A DNA stretch of 64,000 bases from Octopus sinensis (GCF_006345805.1 NC_043005.1:96968001-97032000); one strand, 5' to 3'. Shown: positions 1 to 12,945, numbered from the stretch's first letter. The notes: generated by a model from the sequence alone, not told the origin. A program made the numbers and translations.

Positions 1-37
1 AACAACCACAAGTAATATAACAACCTTTGGTAAAGTA

Positions 38-240
38 GTGATGTGGCAAGATTCGTTGGCAGGTCGAGCAGAATGCTTAGCGGTATTTCATCCATCTTTA
101 CGTAATGAGTTATAATTACGCCGAAGTCAATTTTGCCTATCATCCTTTCGTGGGTGTCGTTGAAATAAGTACCAGTTGAGTACTGGTGGTCAATGTAATC
201 GACTTATCCCCTCCCTCGAAATAGTTGGCATTGTACCAAT
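38..240 (+). mobile_element. tRNA-derived SINE, family A (degraded)
   Basis: Aligns by eye to the better copies (48234-48469, 36160-36384): TGGCAAGATTCGTT head, GTCAATTTTGCCTATCATCC, TAAGTACCAGTTGAGTACTGG core. Confidence 0.8.
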
Positions 241-321
241 ATTTTACATCAATATAGCACTAGCAAGAACGACAAAACAATAAAAGCAAAAACCACGACA
301 ATCGCAACAACAACCAGAACC

Positions 322-499
322 CTTTCTAATATAGAGAAAGTCTGAAACTTTGGCGGTTAGTCGATTGGTATTTTATCGATCCCGAGGAGATGGAAGGCTA
401 AGTCGAGCTCGGTGGAATCTGAACTCAGAATGTAAAGACGGACGAAATGCCAGCAAGCATTCTGTCCGGCATGCTAACGATTCTGAGAGCTCGCTGCCT
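322..499 (-). mobile_element. tRNA-derived SINE, family A
   Basis: Reverse complement of the family A consensus (GAACTCAGAATGTAAAGACGGACGAAATG...GCTAACGATTCTG...CTCGCTGCC). Confidence 0.85.
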
Positions 500-502
500 T
501 AA

Positions 503-718
503 TTCTTTCTAATATAGGCACAAGGCCTGAAATGTTGGTGGAGGGTATAAGTTGGTTACATCAATCGCAGTACTCAACTGATACTTATTTCATCGGCCCC
601 GAAAGGACGAAAGGCAAAGTTGATCTTGGTGGAATTGGAAATCATAACGTAACGGCAGACGAAATGCTGCTAAACATCTAGTCCGGCGTGTCAACGATTC
701 TTCTAACTCGCAGCCTTC
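503..718 (-). mobile_element. tRNA-derived SINE, family A, adjacent to the previous copy
   Basis: GGCACAAGGCCTGAAAT tail, GAAAGGCAAAGTTGATCTTGG and ACGTAACGGCAGACGAAATG match other copies. Confidence 0.85.
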
Positions 719-719
719 T

Positions 720-979
720 GCATCAACAATAACAACGGCAACAACAATAAATCACGAAGGAAAATAAGAGCAAAAGGAACAACAACAACGGCTAACAACT
801 GGCACGACAATAGAATCATCATCAGCAGCAGTAACAACAACAACAACAGCAAAAATAGCAACAACAGCAACAGTCACAACCACAAAAACGACAACCACTG
901 TAACAACAACACCAACGTTTACACCATCGTGGCCACCACCAACAGCAACAACAACTACCACCACCACCACCAACAACTA

Positions 980-1029
<50 letters not shown>

Positions 1030-1035
1030 ACCGCA
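720..1035. repeat. Compound trinucleotide microsatellite (CAA/CAG/CAC/CTA/CTG)
   Basis: Directly visible; it explains ORFs 752-976 and 822-1112. Confidence 0.95.
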
Positions 1036-1158
1036 ACGACAATGTGTTTACGAGAGAAAGAACTAATTCGTTTTTTGATTCCTTCAAAAATGAAAGGAAG
1101 ATTCTCACCCATTATTTCTAGACAAAAGCAGATTTTTTTGTTGTCTTAACAATACTAC

Positions 1159-1239
1159 CCACCACCATTCCATGCTCCCCTTCGCTTCAATAATATATCC
1201 TATTGTCTGGTTTATTGGATGCAACGTGAACGAAGTATC
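1159..1239 (-). CDS. Candidate isolated coding exon (DTSFTLHPINQTIGYIIEAKGSMEWWW)
   Basis: Minus-strand acceptor atcttacttacAG, 81-nt open frame, donors GTAGTA or GTGGGT. The GYIIE motif resembles the FN3 C-strand. Not linked to other exons. Confidence 0.25.
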
Positions 1240-1509
1240 CTGTAAGTAAGATTTCAAACTTGGTCTCGTGAATCTTACATATTTTGGGTCATGTTTACCA
1301 TTCTACCATTGTAGGGCTTTATATAGTTTTCTCAGCAATCTCTCTCTCCCCCCCTCTCTCTCTCTCTCTCACACACACAATAGAACTCGCTTTGTTTATT
1401 AGAGTCTGCCTTGATATTTTGTCTTCTGAATGATATCTTCTCAAGATAATACAGCTGCTATGTATCAGACTCAGCCAGAGACCTATAGCAAAAGAAGGTC
1501 AACGTTGTT

Positions 1510-1935
1510 GTTGTTGATGATGATGATGATGATGATGATGATGACGATGATGATAACGACGATGATGATGATGATGATGACGACGACGTTGATAACGATG
1601 ATGATGATGATGATGATGACGACAATAATAATGATGATGATATTCATGATGACGATGATGACGATGATAATTATGATGATGAAGATGATGATGAGAGTGA
1701 TGATGATGATAATAATGATAACGCTAATGATGATGGTGATAATGACAATGACGATGATGATAATGACAATAATAATGATGATGATAATCATGATGACGAT
1801 GATGATAACGAAGATGATGATGATAATGATGTGATAATGATGATGGTAATAATGACAATAATAGTAATGATGACAGTGATGATGATGATGATGATAATAA
1901 TGATGATGATGATGTTGATGATGATGAAGATGATA
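1510..1935. repeat. (GAT/GAC/AAT)n microsatellite
   Basis: Directly visible; source of the poly-M/poly-I ORFs. Confidence 0.95.
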
Positions 1936-2159
1936 ATGTTTAGCTCTGATGTCAATCTATGACGATCCAAGGACTCCGTCGCCCCTCTCCCTCTTTAGTG
2001 TGTCTAAGATATTACATTAGTCAATGTACGATGGCCCTCTCCCCTCATACCTTTTTCTTTTGAAACTTAAGGTGTAATTTGATATAACTGCTGTCACTTC
2101 TAGCAGGTCAAGAACTCCAAGCGTAGAAGATTCCTCAAAGGCTCAATGGGAAATTATCG

Positions 2160-2753
2160 ATGTTTGGTACTGCTGTCTGTCTCATTCCTCCTTCATTGTT
2201 GATCGGCCAGGTTTCTCACTGTCTCCTTTGTTATTATGATCGATGCGGTGATCGATATGCCGATTTGGTGAGACATCGGCTATTATCATTGTTGTTTAAC
2301 CACAGGACAATCTCAATCGGGTAGATTTATGATCCAAGACATTTTGGAATACTTCCGACGTGATATATCTAACATTTTGTGATCCATATTCTTCAGTTGA
2401 TTTCTAATCCTGTTTTACTTCTTTCCCTTCATCCAATCATCATCATCATCATCATCATCACCACCACCACCACCACCACCACCACCACCACCACCACCAA
2501 AAAAACAAAACAAAACAAAAAGGTTGCGTCTCCTCTACTCTGTTCCAAGAATGTCCAGTCACATATCTGGTATCCACCGAGCGTCTTGCAAATATCCAGA
2601 ATGGACATCAATTACACCTGTCTTAACTGTGAAAAAGCGAGACAAAGATCGCGGGTCGTTTCCCACCAGTCTAACAACACTACACACGACTCACTTTATT
2701 CTGAAACTAGTCAACGAGGGACAAGCTCTCGGTCTGTTGAAATAGTAGCCTAA
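2160..2753 (+). CDS. Candidate two-exon small gene (2160-2267 + 2550-2753), 104 aa, two CxxC motifs
   Basis: ATG at 2160 opens MFGTAVCLIPPSLLIGQVSHCLLCYYDRCGDRYADL, followed by donor TTG|GTGAGA at 2268. Acceptor gtctcctctactctgttccaAG at 2549 continues in phase 0 as NVQSHIWYPP...YTCLNCEK...VEIVA*. No recognisable domain. Confidence 0.3.
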
Positions 2754-3836
2754 CCTGCCTGAAATTACACTCCTCTTGAAAAAATAAGTACTCATAGGAT
2801 AGTGTAGATATACCTATGATATACAATCAGATGAGATGGTCATGGGTGGAATGGAAACTGACAATATATTTAAAAAATCACTTTACTTTCAAATGTTCTC
2901 CTTGCTTCTCATTTTGCCTGCAATGTAGTGCTACGATTGGTTACTAATGGTCAGGATTTGAAAAACACAATGCATACTCGTTCGTACCTTAAGCTCAAAT
3001 ACCCTTCTTAGGAGATATCAAAAAGTCTGACGGCTCAACTAGCATTCGTCGTTGTTGCTGTTGTTCAAGCCCTAAATCAATTCTAGTTAATCAGACTTAT
3101 GGTCAAAGAATTTCTTCTTTGGGCACTCTATCTTCCTGTGTCGTGGAATTCTCTACGAGGCAAAAGGCTGGGCAAGTTTTTATGTGGGGAATACAAATAG
3201 CTACCTTTGAATGCATGTTCCCTGCTTACAACACCATTGATGTTGTCCAAGCAAAAGGCAAGATAACGGGCGACATAACTCGGCTCTAGTGTCGCAGATG
3301 TTGAAATCAGAACGCAAACAATCTAATGCATTCCATCTAATGGTCTAACCATTCCGCCAATTCACCATCCTGGACCGAAGGCAATGTTGACTGTATGGCA
3401 TTTTATCTATTCATTCAGCCACTCTGTTTGCTGTACTTCAAATTCGTTAGAGCGCGTATACTTAAGCAGTTAATTTGGGATCATATTATCTGATGTTCCC
3501 TTCCATTTTGAGATGCATAATTTGAAGGAAATTTGACTGCTATTTCTTAAAGATTGGGCAATTACGTAGATGACAACTATCTCTTGTTTAAACCATATGA
3601 AATATTTATATAAAAGCAAAATAAATTCATATAGACAATTGAAAGGAAAAACTCTCCCCCAAACTCTTGGAGTTATTTCAATATTGGTATGCTTGCTTAT
3701 GACTTTCATCTTTCTTTTAGACCCCTACCTCTCACCACAACAACAAAAACAAACGTCAAGGGCACGGCAATTGTCAATGGAGTGAGGGTTGGGTGGTGTC
3801 GCCAGCTGGATGGTGACTGTAGTCGTAGTCATGTGA

Positions 3837-3852
3837 CGAGTGACGTCACTCG
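3837..3852. promoter_or_regulatory. Perfect 16-bp palindrome containing a full CRE (TGACGTCA)
   Basis: CGAGTGACGTCACTCG, immediately preceded by CATGTG (E-box-like). Function is inferred only. Confidence 0.3.
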
Positions 3853-4190
3853 ATGGTTGCGTTTGAAGTCATGCGGACATCTTAGAAAAGATCAGCGTTA
3901 TGAGGAAAGCACTTGAGCGATTGTTTCACAAAAACAGTGACAAACTACAACAAACAATAAAAAAACCCCGAGAACACCAGCAGCAGCAGCAGCAGCAGCA
4001 ACAGCAACAACAACACAAACAACCACAACAAAACAACATCAACAATAATGGCAACAACATCAATGGCAATGACAATGGTCTCAAGAGAATGGTAGATTCC
4101 ATTATGATTTGAACTGATCTTATATTTTGTTCAAATCTTTTTATTCCATTCTCTTTCTTTCTTATTCTGCTCTTTTCTTTTATTCAGTAT

Positions 4191-4260
<70 letters not shown>

Positions 4261-4699
4261 CACATCAAGCAAACCATCTTGCAGCGCTACACACCCATTC
4301 TATGAATCAAACGAGGAGCGTTGGTTTTTATTGCAGACGTTCGACCAGCTAAAAATAGCAGCCAGTCAGCTTTTGCCCAGCCTTACCAGTTTCGACAAAG
4401 GAGAAATACATTGGGTAATGTAGCTCCTAATAGAAAATGGTCCAGTGAAGGACAAGAGGATCATGGTTGGAGTGCTCTTGGACATAGACGAGTTCAGTTA
4501 GGTTTCACCTCAAAGACAAAAACAAAGACAAGAATAATTCTTTCTAATTTTGGCACGAGGTCAGCAATCTAAGGGTGAAGTTGTTTGTCGATTAATTGAT
4601 ATTTATTTTATCGACTTTGAGAGGATGGGAGGTAAAGTTAACCATGACAAGATTTTTCATTCAAAGCCCCCGGGAACTTAAAACATAGAGAGTTTTAGT

Positions 4700-4810
4700 T
4701 TAGTGGTTATTTTATCGGCTTGGTTTGCCAAACCGATAAGTTACGGGGACGTAAACACACCAACATCGGTTGTCAATCGTTGTTGGGGCGAGGAGCAAAC
4801 ACAGACACAC
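4700..4810 (-). mobile_element. SINE family B, 3' half
   Basis: AAGTTACGGGGACGTAAACACACCAACATCGGTTGTCAA is the reverse complement of the body of the copy at 38620-39047. Confidence 0.8.
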
Positions 4811-5169
4811 AAACATATACACACACATACATGCATATATATATGGGCTCGCCCGCTGCTGTAGACTGTACTAATAATACCCGTTCTACATATGAGCTGC
4901 ACAATAAAGATCTCATTGTAGCAAGATATGCTCAAATGTCTAATCACAGAAACCCTTGCTATTGCACAAAGGACTGGATGTTGTGGTAGAAAAGTTAGGC
5001 CTTAGAGCTACGCCTTGCTTACTTAAGCCCTTCTCTGCCTGTAGAACACAACCCATCGACAAAGTTTCTCCACTGGCTTCACTCTGGGTTGTCTTTTTAC
5101 TTTTCTCTTGTTTGATCTCTGTACTTTTAACTCTGCCTCAGTATACTGCCTCCATCTAATTTTAGGGCG

Positions 5170-5320
5170 TCCTCTGTGTAAGTACATATGATGCCCAAAC
5201 CGTCTCCTATAGTCTTCAATTATAGTTTTGTTGATCAAGATATAATCTTTACCGACATATGAGCTTTTGCAGAGTCTCATCTGCTTTCCTGTAAACAGGT
5301 TGTTTTATTTATTCTCTACG
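5170..5320 (-). mobile_element. R4/Dong-like non-LTR retrotransposon RT fragment
   Basis: Translates NNLFTGKQMRLCKSSYVGKDYILINKTIIEDYRRR, matching the R4/Dong GCKDQLLINK..EDCRRR pattern. Near-identical to 8505-8648. Confidence 0.7.
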
Positions 5321-6904
5321 TGTCCCCGAAAGAAAGCTTTTTTTTCTCCTGTCTTGTTTGCTTTTAATTGTCGTCCATGCTCCAGTAATTTTGTTGTTTT
5401 TTTCTAAGTAGGGATGTTCCCGAACGCAAATTCATTTTTATTTCTGGGAAGGGATGGTCCATATTAGACTGGCCTCCACCCGTTGATCTGTCCAGCATGG
5501 GAAGCTCCACCAAGAGCCTGCGCACCGCTGGCATTGCTCCCAGTGTCATTGGGGCACATAGGTTACCTCATCGCAACAAGGACTGGATGTTGGGGTGGAA
5601 AAGTTAGGCCTTAGAGCCAGAAGATTGCAGAAGGGCCGATCAATTTCCAGCCCTCTACAAAACACAGAAATGACTCTAGTGCGAGTGTTGTTCACAAAGC
5701 AGCAGAAATATTAGTGGTAAGGCGAATAAACTGCGTCGTTTGAGTGATGGATGTTGTCTCGCGGTATTTGTTCCGACTCTAGGCATCCTGATGTCAGCTT
5801 TGTTTTTTTAACCTTTCAGAGTCGATTAAAAAAACCCTTCTTTTTCTAGTGTCGCCCGCTTGATGATGAGCCATATCTCATTCGGTTCGCAAGGTCGCTC
5901 TTGCGTGAAATAAAGTAAGATATTTCATAAATATCAGTCTCAGCTAGAAAACTAATCGCCCATATTCTTTATATCCGAGGAGTTTTCTTTTATTCCTTTA
6001 TTCACTTTTAAAAATTACTTCTGTCATTGAACTGCAGCCTTGTTGGGGCACCACTCTCTAGGGTTTAGTCCAGATATGGGCAAACTGTAGGTTGTGGGAC
6101 ATTTTGAATGGTACTTCAAACGAAAAAATTACCGAGAAATTTTTAGTAATTCGTCTGATGATTCATGTTTCGTACGGTCCACTTCTTGAAAAAGTCGACC
6201 ATGACTGGTATAGACTCTACAATGTAGAGCTTGTGATAGTGATATATCTAACAAATCGCTCGGCCACGCTGGAGGCTTTTCCGTTCGCTCGGTGTTATTT
6301 ATGTTATTGGTTGAGTTGTTGTTCAGCTCCCGGGTCAACAATGAGCAAGTAGATCTATGATCAAAATTGTTCCAACCGTGACCATGCCATCTTTTTGAAT
6401 TCCTAGAACTACATAATCAAGCGTGTCTCGTCTTTACCAAGGCGTTGAGGTATGCGATTTTAGGGAAATATTTGGCTGCTATATCTAGCAAGCTAAATGA
6501 GTGCATATCGGCACTCATTGCTGTTGATGAAATTAATACTGTTGTAGGTGTTTGAGGTAATGATTGTTATTTGTAATAAAGAGAGTAGCAGCAGCAGCAG
6601 CAGCACTAATCGTAGCAGTGAAGATGAGGATAATGGTTCTGCAGATGTTCTGCAGGGTTTAAGGGGCGATGGTTGTTACATTGCTGCTGCTCTTGCCGCT
6701 GGTGTTGCTCTTGTTACTGTTCCTGATTTTGGTATTGTAAATGGTTGTAGCAATCGTGAGGAATAGTTGGAGGAGCAAAACAATTAAATGTCCTTGAAAG
6801 TGTTGACAATATGCATTCATACACACACATATTAACATACATTCGCGAATATATACACATAAAAACATACACCACACACATATGTTGTAATGTATAAGTT
6901 TTAA

Positions 6905-6956
<52 letters not shown>

Positions 6957-7054
6957 TACGTTAATCTCAATTGAAACATTGTCGGATAGAAAATTCAATA
7001 TGTGTTGTAGAGTTAAATATCTATTTATTTTTATTATATATATATATATATAAT

Positions 7055-7098
<44 letters not shown>

Positions 7099-7127
7099 AT
7101 ATATATATGTGTATATGTATATATATA

Positions 7128-7175
<48 letters not shown>

Positions 7176-7989
7176 ATGTATATATATATATATGTATATG
7201 TGTGTGTGTACATATGTATGTATACATATGCATGTATGTGCATATGTGTGTGCGTAAAAATTTGAATGTGTCTTGTTGAAACGGCATACAGTTTGAACAA
7301 AGCTCTTTCAAGGTGAAACTCATATAAGTAACTGTAAGTAATGACACTCGCACACACGCAAACACATACATGCACACACATATATATATATATACACGCA
7401 CATGCACGTATTCACGTTCGAAAGTGAGTGTGTGAGTGTGTATATACACATACACACATACATATATATATACATATATACATATGTCTGCATTTATGTA
7501 TTTATTCATGAATATATACGTATGGATATTCACAGGCCAGTCGACAATGCGCACACAAAATCACATACATATGCTTACAAATACTTTTGCGATAAACACA
7601 CACACACCATAACCCTAACCTCAACTGTATCAATCACATATCAGGACTTTAGCACTGGCACATGCTCACATGCAATCATACATATACATGCAAACGCGGC
7701 GCATACACATACACACACATATACATACATATTGTTATCTATACAGAAAGACGCATAAATGCACACAATACTTAGCTTTAATCCTAACCATACCAAAGTC
7801 AGAAGCTTAATTTTATTTAGATTTCAGTTTCTGATGATTGATTCACCAGAGTTGACCTCACGTTGATCTCTTAGAGTTTTTTTATAGTTTAGTCTTGTTG
7901 TTTTATTCACTGGCCACTTAAAATTATTGTACCTATAACTTACTACTGAGAGTATTGATACCTATTGCTTTATTCTGCCAGTTCGCCTA

Positions 7990-9140
7990 TACAAAACGTC
8001 TAGAATATTGTTGTCTAATCTTTTCTTTTATTTGTATTTTCTCTAAGTTATTAAATGCATTGGTTCTGAAGTATTTGTATATATCTATTATGATTCTCAT
8101 ATTTCAATCTTTTTATCGAGTGTCCTTGATCAATTTTGGTCTCTTCAATTACCGTCCCTTGAGCATTTTTCCAGTCCGAAGCTCATATCAGTTCTTGCAA
8201 TTAATCTTTTTACTATTCGTGGCAGTGTTTCTAGATGTTTAGCATCTGAAACGTACAGCTTGAAGTTGGCGTCCTCCAGTTCCATTTGCTTTCGAGACCT
8301 GCCTGGTTTAGCATGAAGCATAAAGATGTTAATTCTCGCGGAGATATATTTAGTTATTATATCGCTCTTCTGTCTGAATCTGCAAAATTATTTGTCATTC
8401 ACTCACGATGAGTTTAATGTATCTGTCTACTATCGACACTATCTTAATTACGGCTAGTGTTTCCGGGATTCAATCTGAGGAACTCTACCAAATATCTCCT
8501 GATAGTAAGTACATATGATGCCCAAACCGTCTCCTATAGTCTTCAATTATAGTTTTGTTGATCAAGAAATAATCTTTACCGACATATGAGCTTTTGCAGA
8601 ATCTCGTCTGCTTTCCTGTAAACCGGCTGTTTTATTTACTCTCTACGCCAGTGCTTTTCAAACTTTTTGCTGGAGCGGAGCCCCAAGAAAACATTTCTCT
8701 GGCTCGAGGAACCCCTGTGCAATAATTTAATTGTCTTATGCACACATATCTGCACAGGAGAATTAAAAATTACTGTCGATTTGAGCATTTTTGTAACTTC
8801 TTGCGGAACCCCTGGACTGTACTGGCGGAACCCTGGTTGAAAACCACTGCTCTACGCTATCAGTTGGTGTTGAGGTTTTTGTAGGTTGTAAGCAGACAGG
8901 TTATGTGTCTGCAGTTTATACGCTTCACCTTTCTTTTCTCTAGATATTAAGATTATTTCCCTCTCAGTGTGGCAAGTAGGTGTCTCCTCCATTCTACTTT
9001 ATTAAGCGTCACTGTTTGCAGTTTATGCTTCATAATTAAACATTGTAATCAAAAGCATAGGAGCTTATGTGCTGGTGTCTTCAAGTCTTGTTTTTAGCAG
9101 TCTCTGGCTTATTTCTTCTGTTGTTATCGCTTCCCATGAT
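7990..9140 (-). mobile_element. Degraded R4/Dong-like LINE reverse transcriptase region
   Basis: Minus-strand peptides RHITCLLTTYK (~YRPITCL), ILINKTIIED, FKLYVSDAKHLE (~DDLKLY), SFGLEKC and YKY occur in colinear order, with many stops and frameshifts. Confidence 0.75.
8649..8849. mobile_element. hAT (Charlie/Buster-type) MITE, 201 bp, inserted in the R4/Dong remnant
   Basis: TIRs CAGTGCTTTTCAAAC ... GTTGAAAACCACTG; perfect 8-bp TSD CTCTACGC at 8641-8648 and 8850-8857, with central TA. Confidence 0.93.
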
Positions 9141-9159
9141 TGTGCAGATATATAAGTAC

Positions 9160-9270
9160 CAGACTAAAAAATACGTAGGTACTGGGATAATTTGTTCGAC
9201 TAAAACCCTTCAAGACGGTGTTCCAGCATAGCCGTCGTCCAATGATTGAAAAAGGTAAAGGATAAAAGTA
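9160..9270 (+). mobile_element. SINE family B, 3' end
   Basis: TTGTTCGACTAAAACCCTTCAAGACGGTGTTCCAGCATAGCCG...AATGATTGAAA...AAAGGATAAAAG. Confidence 0.7.
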
Positions 9271-10467
9271 TTATTTGTCTTTATTTTTGTCGTTGTTTAG
9301 TTTTGGTATTATCTCTCCTATCTTAACCCTTTCACCACAATCCTATTTATAGTCTTTTGTGTTGTTCTGCTTTGAATATATTGATCAGGAACTGTTGACG
9401 GAAGGTCATGAAGTTGGCTGCAGAAGCAGTGGAGGTTGCCTCAAGGTGACGGTGGATCAGGTACTAAAAGCCCCGGAAGGGGAGGTGTGACTAAGGATAG
9501 TGGATATAAGTTGGGGTCAACTTCGAATGGGTTTGCCTGGGGTGTGGGTGTCTGATGTTGAATGACCCGAAATACCTAATGAGAGGAAACGTTGCTGATG
9601 AGGTATCCAGACGTATTACAAGATGATGGTTGGAAAAACTAGGTTTGGCTTTGTTGTATTTCGTTATTTACTTTGTTTTGTACGTGTTAGGTTACGTTCT
9701 CATTGTCTTTATGCTTGTTTTGTGTTTGTTACTTGTGGTTTTTTTAATGTATTATTTCTTTTATGTAATCTATTTCGACCTCTGATATTTTTTTGTTTTC
9801 GAGAGTGTATCATCTTAATGTAGCAAGTCTGTTGGGATCTAACGTTACGTGTAGGTAGGGATTATTTTCCTTCCAATTTTTATACCATTATATTGTCGAA
9901 GTTTCTTTTGGGTGGGCAAAGTGTCGCTGTGAAACATGCATGAAAACAGAAAACATATCCCTCTCGTATCCATTTACGCCTTTTCTGTTATATTTACGAG
10001 ACTTGAAATGTAACCTCTGGAAATTTTAGATTATCTTAATTTTCGTCTGATACCGGTTTATTTTTTCTGATGATGTTGCATTTTATGTACTTCATTTTTC
10101 GTACTTTTTACGCATCGGATTCAAAGTACATATTTCTCTATTAATTTATGTTACAGTTTTTATTATATTTTTCTCTTTTTTTTTCCTGTGTGAGGACGTA
10201 ATCGGCTTGGTGTTGATATGAACCATACGCCGATAGTTTGTTTACAAATGGTGGGTATCAGATCGCCCACCACTATGAACATTTTTTAATACATTAATTA
10301 TATGAAGCAATACTTTATATATTTCACAGCTATTATTTGTACATTTATCCATCAACATTACAGTAATTTGATTTGATCCGTTGTCTTTTAATCGTTATTA
10401 ATAGATATTTCTATTTTTCGGAGCAGCTGTCATGTAACGTTTTCTCGTGCTAAACGCCCCCCAATGT

Positions 10468-10545
10468 TGTCTTCTTCTTCTTCTTCTTCTTCTTCTTCTT
10501 CTTCTTCTTCTTCTTCTTCTTCTTCTTCTTCTTCTTCTTCTTCTT
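10468..10545. repeat. (TTC)n microsatellite
   Basis: Pure array, directly visible. Confidence 0.95.
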
Positions 10546-11059
10546 CTCCTCCTCCTCCTTCCTTCGTCGTCGTCCTTTTCATCCTCCTCCTAGTTTTCAC
10601 CTCCTTGAATTTCAAGCAATAGTTCAGGATGGGGGTGGGGAGTTCCTTAAAATAGTAGTGGTAGTAGTAGTACTAGTAGCAGTGAGGTGTATCTTGGATT
10701 ACATTCTTTAATGAGTTTCCTCTTCCTGGTTAAAGCAGTGAGGCTTTGATTTGAGGGATAGCTAGCTGCTATTTCTCGTAGTTTGGGGGACCAGGTGGAG
10801 AAAGAGATTCCTAGGGTTTCTTTAATTAGTTGCTTTGATTAGCTGTTATAATTAATAGATTATGGTCACTTATTTTATCGATCCCGGGTTTGTAGGTGGC
10901 GATAGTGACGAGTAGAAAAGTAGGACAAAATTCAAAATTGAACTCGGGCTACATTTGAACTCGGTACTGCAGCACGGCATTTTATTTGATCTTCTAATGC
11001 CTCTGCCAGTCATTGCCCCAGTGATGGCACTACTAGTGGTGGTGGCGATGATGATAATA

Positions 11060-11273
11060 ATCCTTTTTACTGTGGGCACAAGGCCCGAAATTTTTGGGGA
11101 AGGGACTAGTCAATTACATCGACCCCAGTGCTTTGCTGGTACTTAATTTATCGGCCCCGAAAGAATGAAAGAACAAAGTCGACCTCGGCGGAATTTGAAC
11201 TTAGAATGTAAAGACCCACGAAATGTCGTTAAGCATTTCGCTCGGCGTGCTAACGATTCTGCCAGCCCGCCAC
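11060..11273 (-). mobile_element. tRNA-derived SINE, family A
   Basis: Full-length reverse copy (GTCGACCTCGGCGGAATTTGAAC...GCTAACGATTCTGCCAGCCCGCCACC). Confidence 0.9.
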
Positions 11274-11279
11274 CAGTGA

Positions 11280-11472
11280 TATTGATAATGATAATAATAA
11301 TAATAATAATAATATTAATAATAATAATAATAATGATGATGATGATGATGACGATGATGACGATGATGACGATGATGATGATGATGATGACGATGATGCA
11401 GATGATGATGATGATAATAATAATAATAATGATGATGACGATGATGACGATGATGATGATGATGATGATGAA

Positions 11473-11505
<33 letters not shown>

Positions 11506-11560
11506 AATAATAATAATAATATAATAATAATAATAATAATAATATTAATAATAATAATAA
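11280..11560. repeat. (AAT)n/(GAT)n microsatellite
   Basis: Directly visible. Confidence 0.95.
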
Positions 11561-11916
11561 TTTCTTTTATTGGCCTCAAGGATTCCACCTCCAACATTTT
11601 GGGGCTCAATACAAAGGCGAATGCAAGTCGTGGTGGCGCCGGCGGAGCAATTGATGTAGTAGCGAATGCTTTAATGATTGTCCAAGGTGAAGGCCGAAGA
11701 TAGCGAGGAGTGATAAGAATATAGATTAAAAGGGTTGGGAGTAGGTGTGTAGGTGTGTAGTTTGGTGGGTAGTTAGGGTAGGGTAAATAAATTAGGGATA
11801 AAACTTGCAGATTCGAAACTGATTTTACGTCTGGTCTGAGGGCGTTGGCCATATCTAATACTTGGGCGGTGGCAAGAACGAAAAACAAAATAAAATTAAA
11901 AACAAAAAACACAACC

Positions 11917-11948
<32 letters not shown>

Positions 11949-11949
11949 C

Positions 11950-12022
<73 letters not shown>

Positions 12023-12289
12023 TGTTATAATAATAATACAAAGCAAAACAAAAACGTGAGAGAATGAGGCATCGAGAAGACAGGAGTGAAGACGGGATAT
12101 TAAGAGAACACCATATCGTTACAGATTGGTATTTGGTTTCATCTAACGTTATAACTTATACAAACTAGGCTATTGTGGTCTTTCTGTCTGCCTGTCTCTC
12201 TGTCGGTTTATATGTATGTATGCATGTGGATGCATGTATGTATGCATGTATCTATGTCTATATGTATGAATGCGTGTATGAAAATATAC

Positions 12290-12342
<53 letters not shown>

Positions 12343-12460
12343 TGTATGTGCATACGTGTCTGTCTCTGCCTATCTGTCCATCTATCTGTCTCTTTGTATG
12401 TCTCAGTTACCATGCATGTATCATTATCCGTCTATGTTTATACGCCTGTGTCTGCTTCTC

Positions 12461-12511
<51 letters not shown>

Positions 12512-12789
12512 TTCTGTCCGTCTATCTGTCTGTATGTCCGTCATTCCGTCTGTCTGTCTGTCTCCATGTATGTATCGCTCTATGTCTGTGTGTGAATGTG
12601 TGCGTCCGTGGGTGTATGTGTCCCCGTGTGTGCCTTTAACAGAGCTAAATACTTCATTATCTCAACTTATTTTTTTTTAATTGTTGCTTCTGTGTCCCGA
12701 AAATCAACGAACAATGTTGCAACTGGCGTGTTTCATACATACACACACACACACATACATACATACATACATACATACATACATACATA

Positions 12790-12945
12790 CATACATACAC
12801 ATGATACAAAAATACAAGACCAGATTTATACCAGTAGGTACTGGGTACTAGGTTATGTAACAAATTGTCCTAGCACCAATCTTGAGAAATTAGGTTTCAC
12901 AAAGCCAAAAAGGGAGAAATTAAGGTTCTTATAACCAAAAGGGAG
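12790..12945 (+). mobile_element. R4/Dong-like LINE 3' end (REL endonuclease C-terminus)
   Basis: YKTRFIPV..LGYVTNC...NLEKLGF resembles the FIPIIIGALGYV..NL.KLGF terminus; homologous to 14830-15010 and 48484-48560. Confidence 0.6.

Noticed and set aside
2268-2305. GT...AG intron joining 2267 to 2306
   Set aside because: Only 38 nt long, too short for a metazoan spliceosomal intron.
3900-4112. Poly-Q/N ORF
   Set aside because: Driven by a (CAG/CAA)n tract, with no splice signals or domain.
7610-7620. AACCCTAACC / TTAGGG-like words (also ~11770-11800)
   Set aside because: One or two units only; expected by chance and not an interstitial telomere array.
9580-9610. GAAACGTT-G-CTGATGAG as a second hammerhead
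   Set aside because: The order and spacing leave no room for helices I-III.
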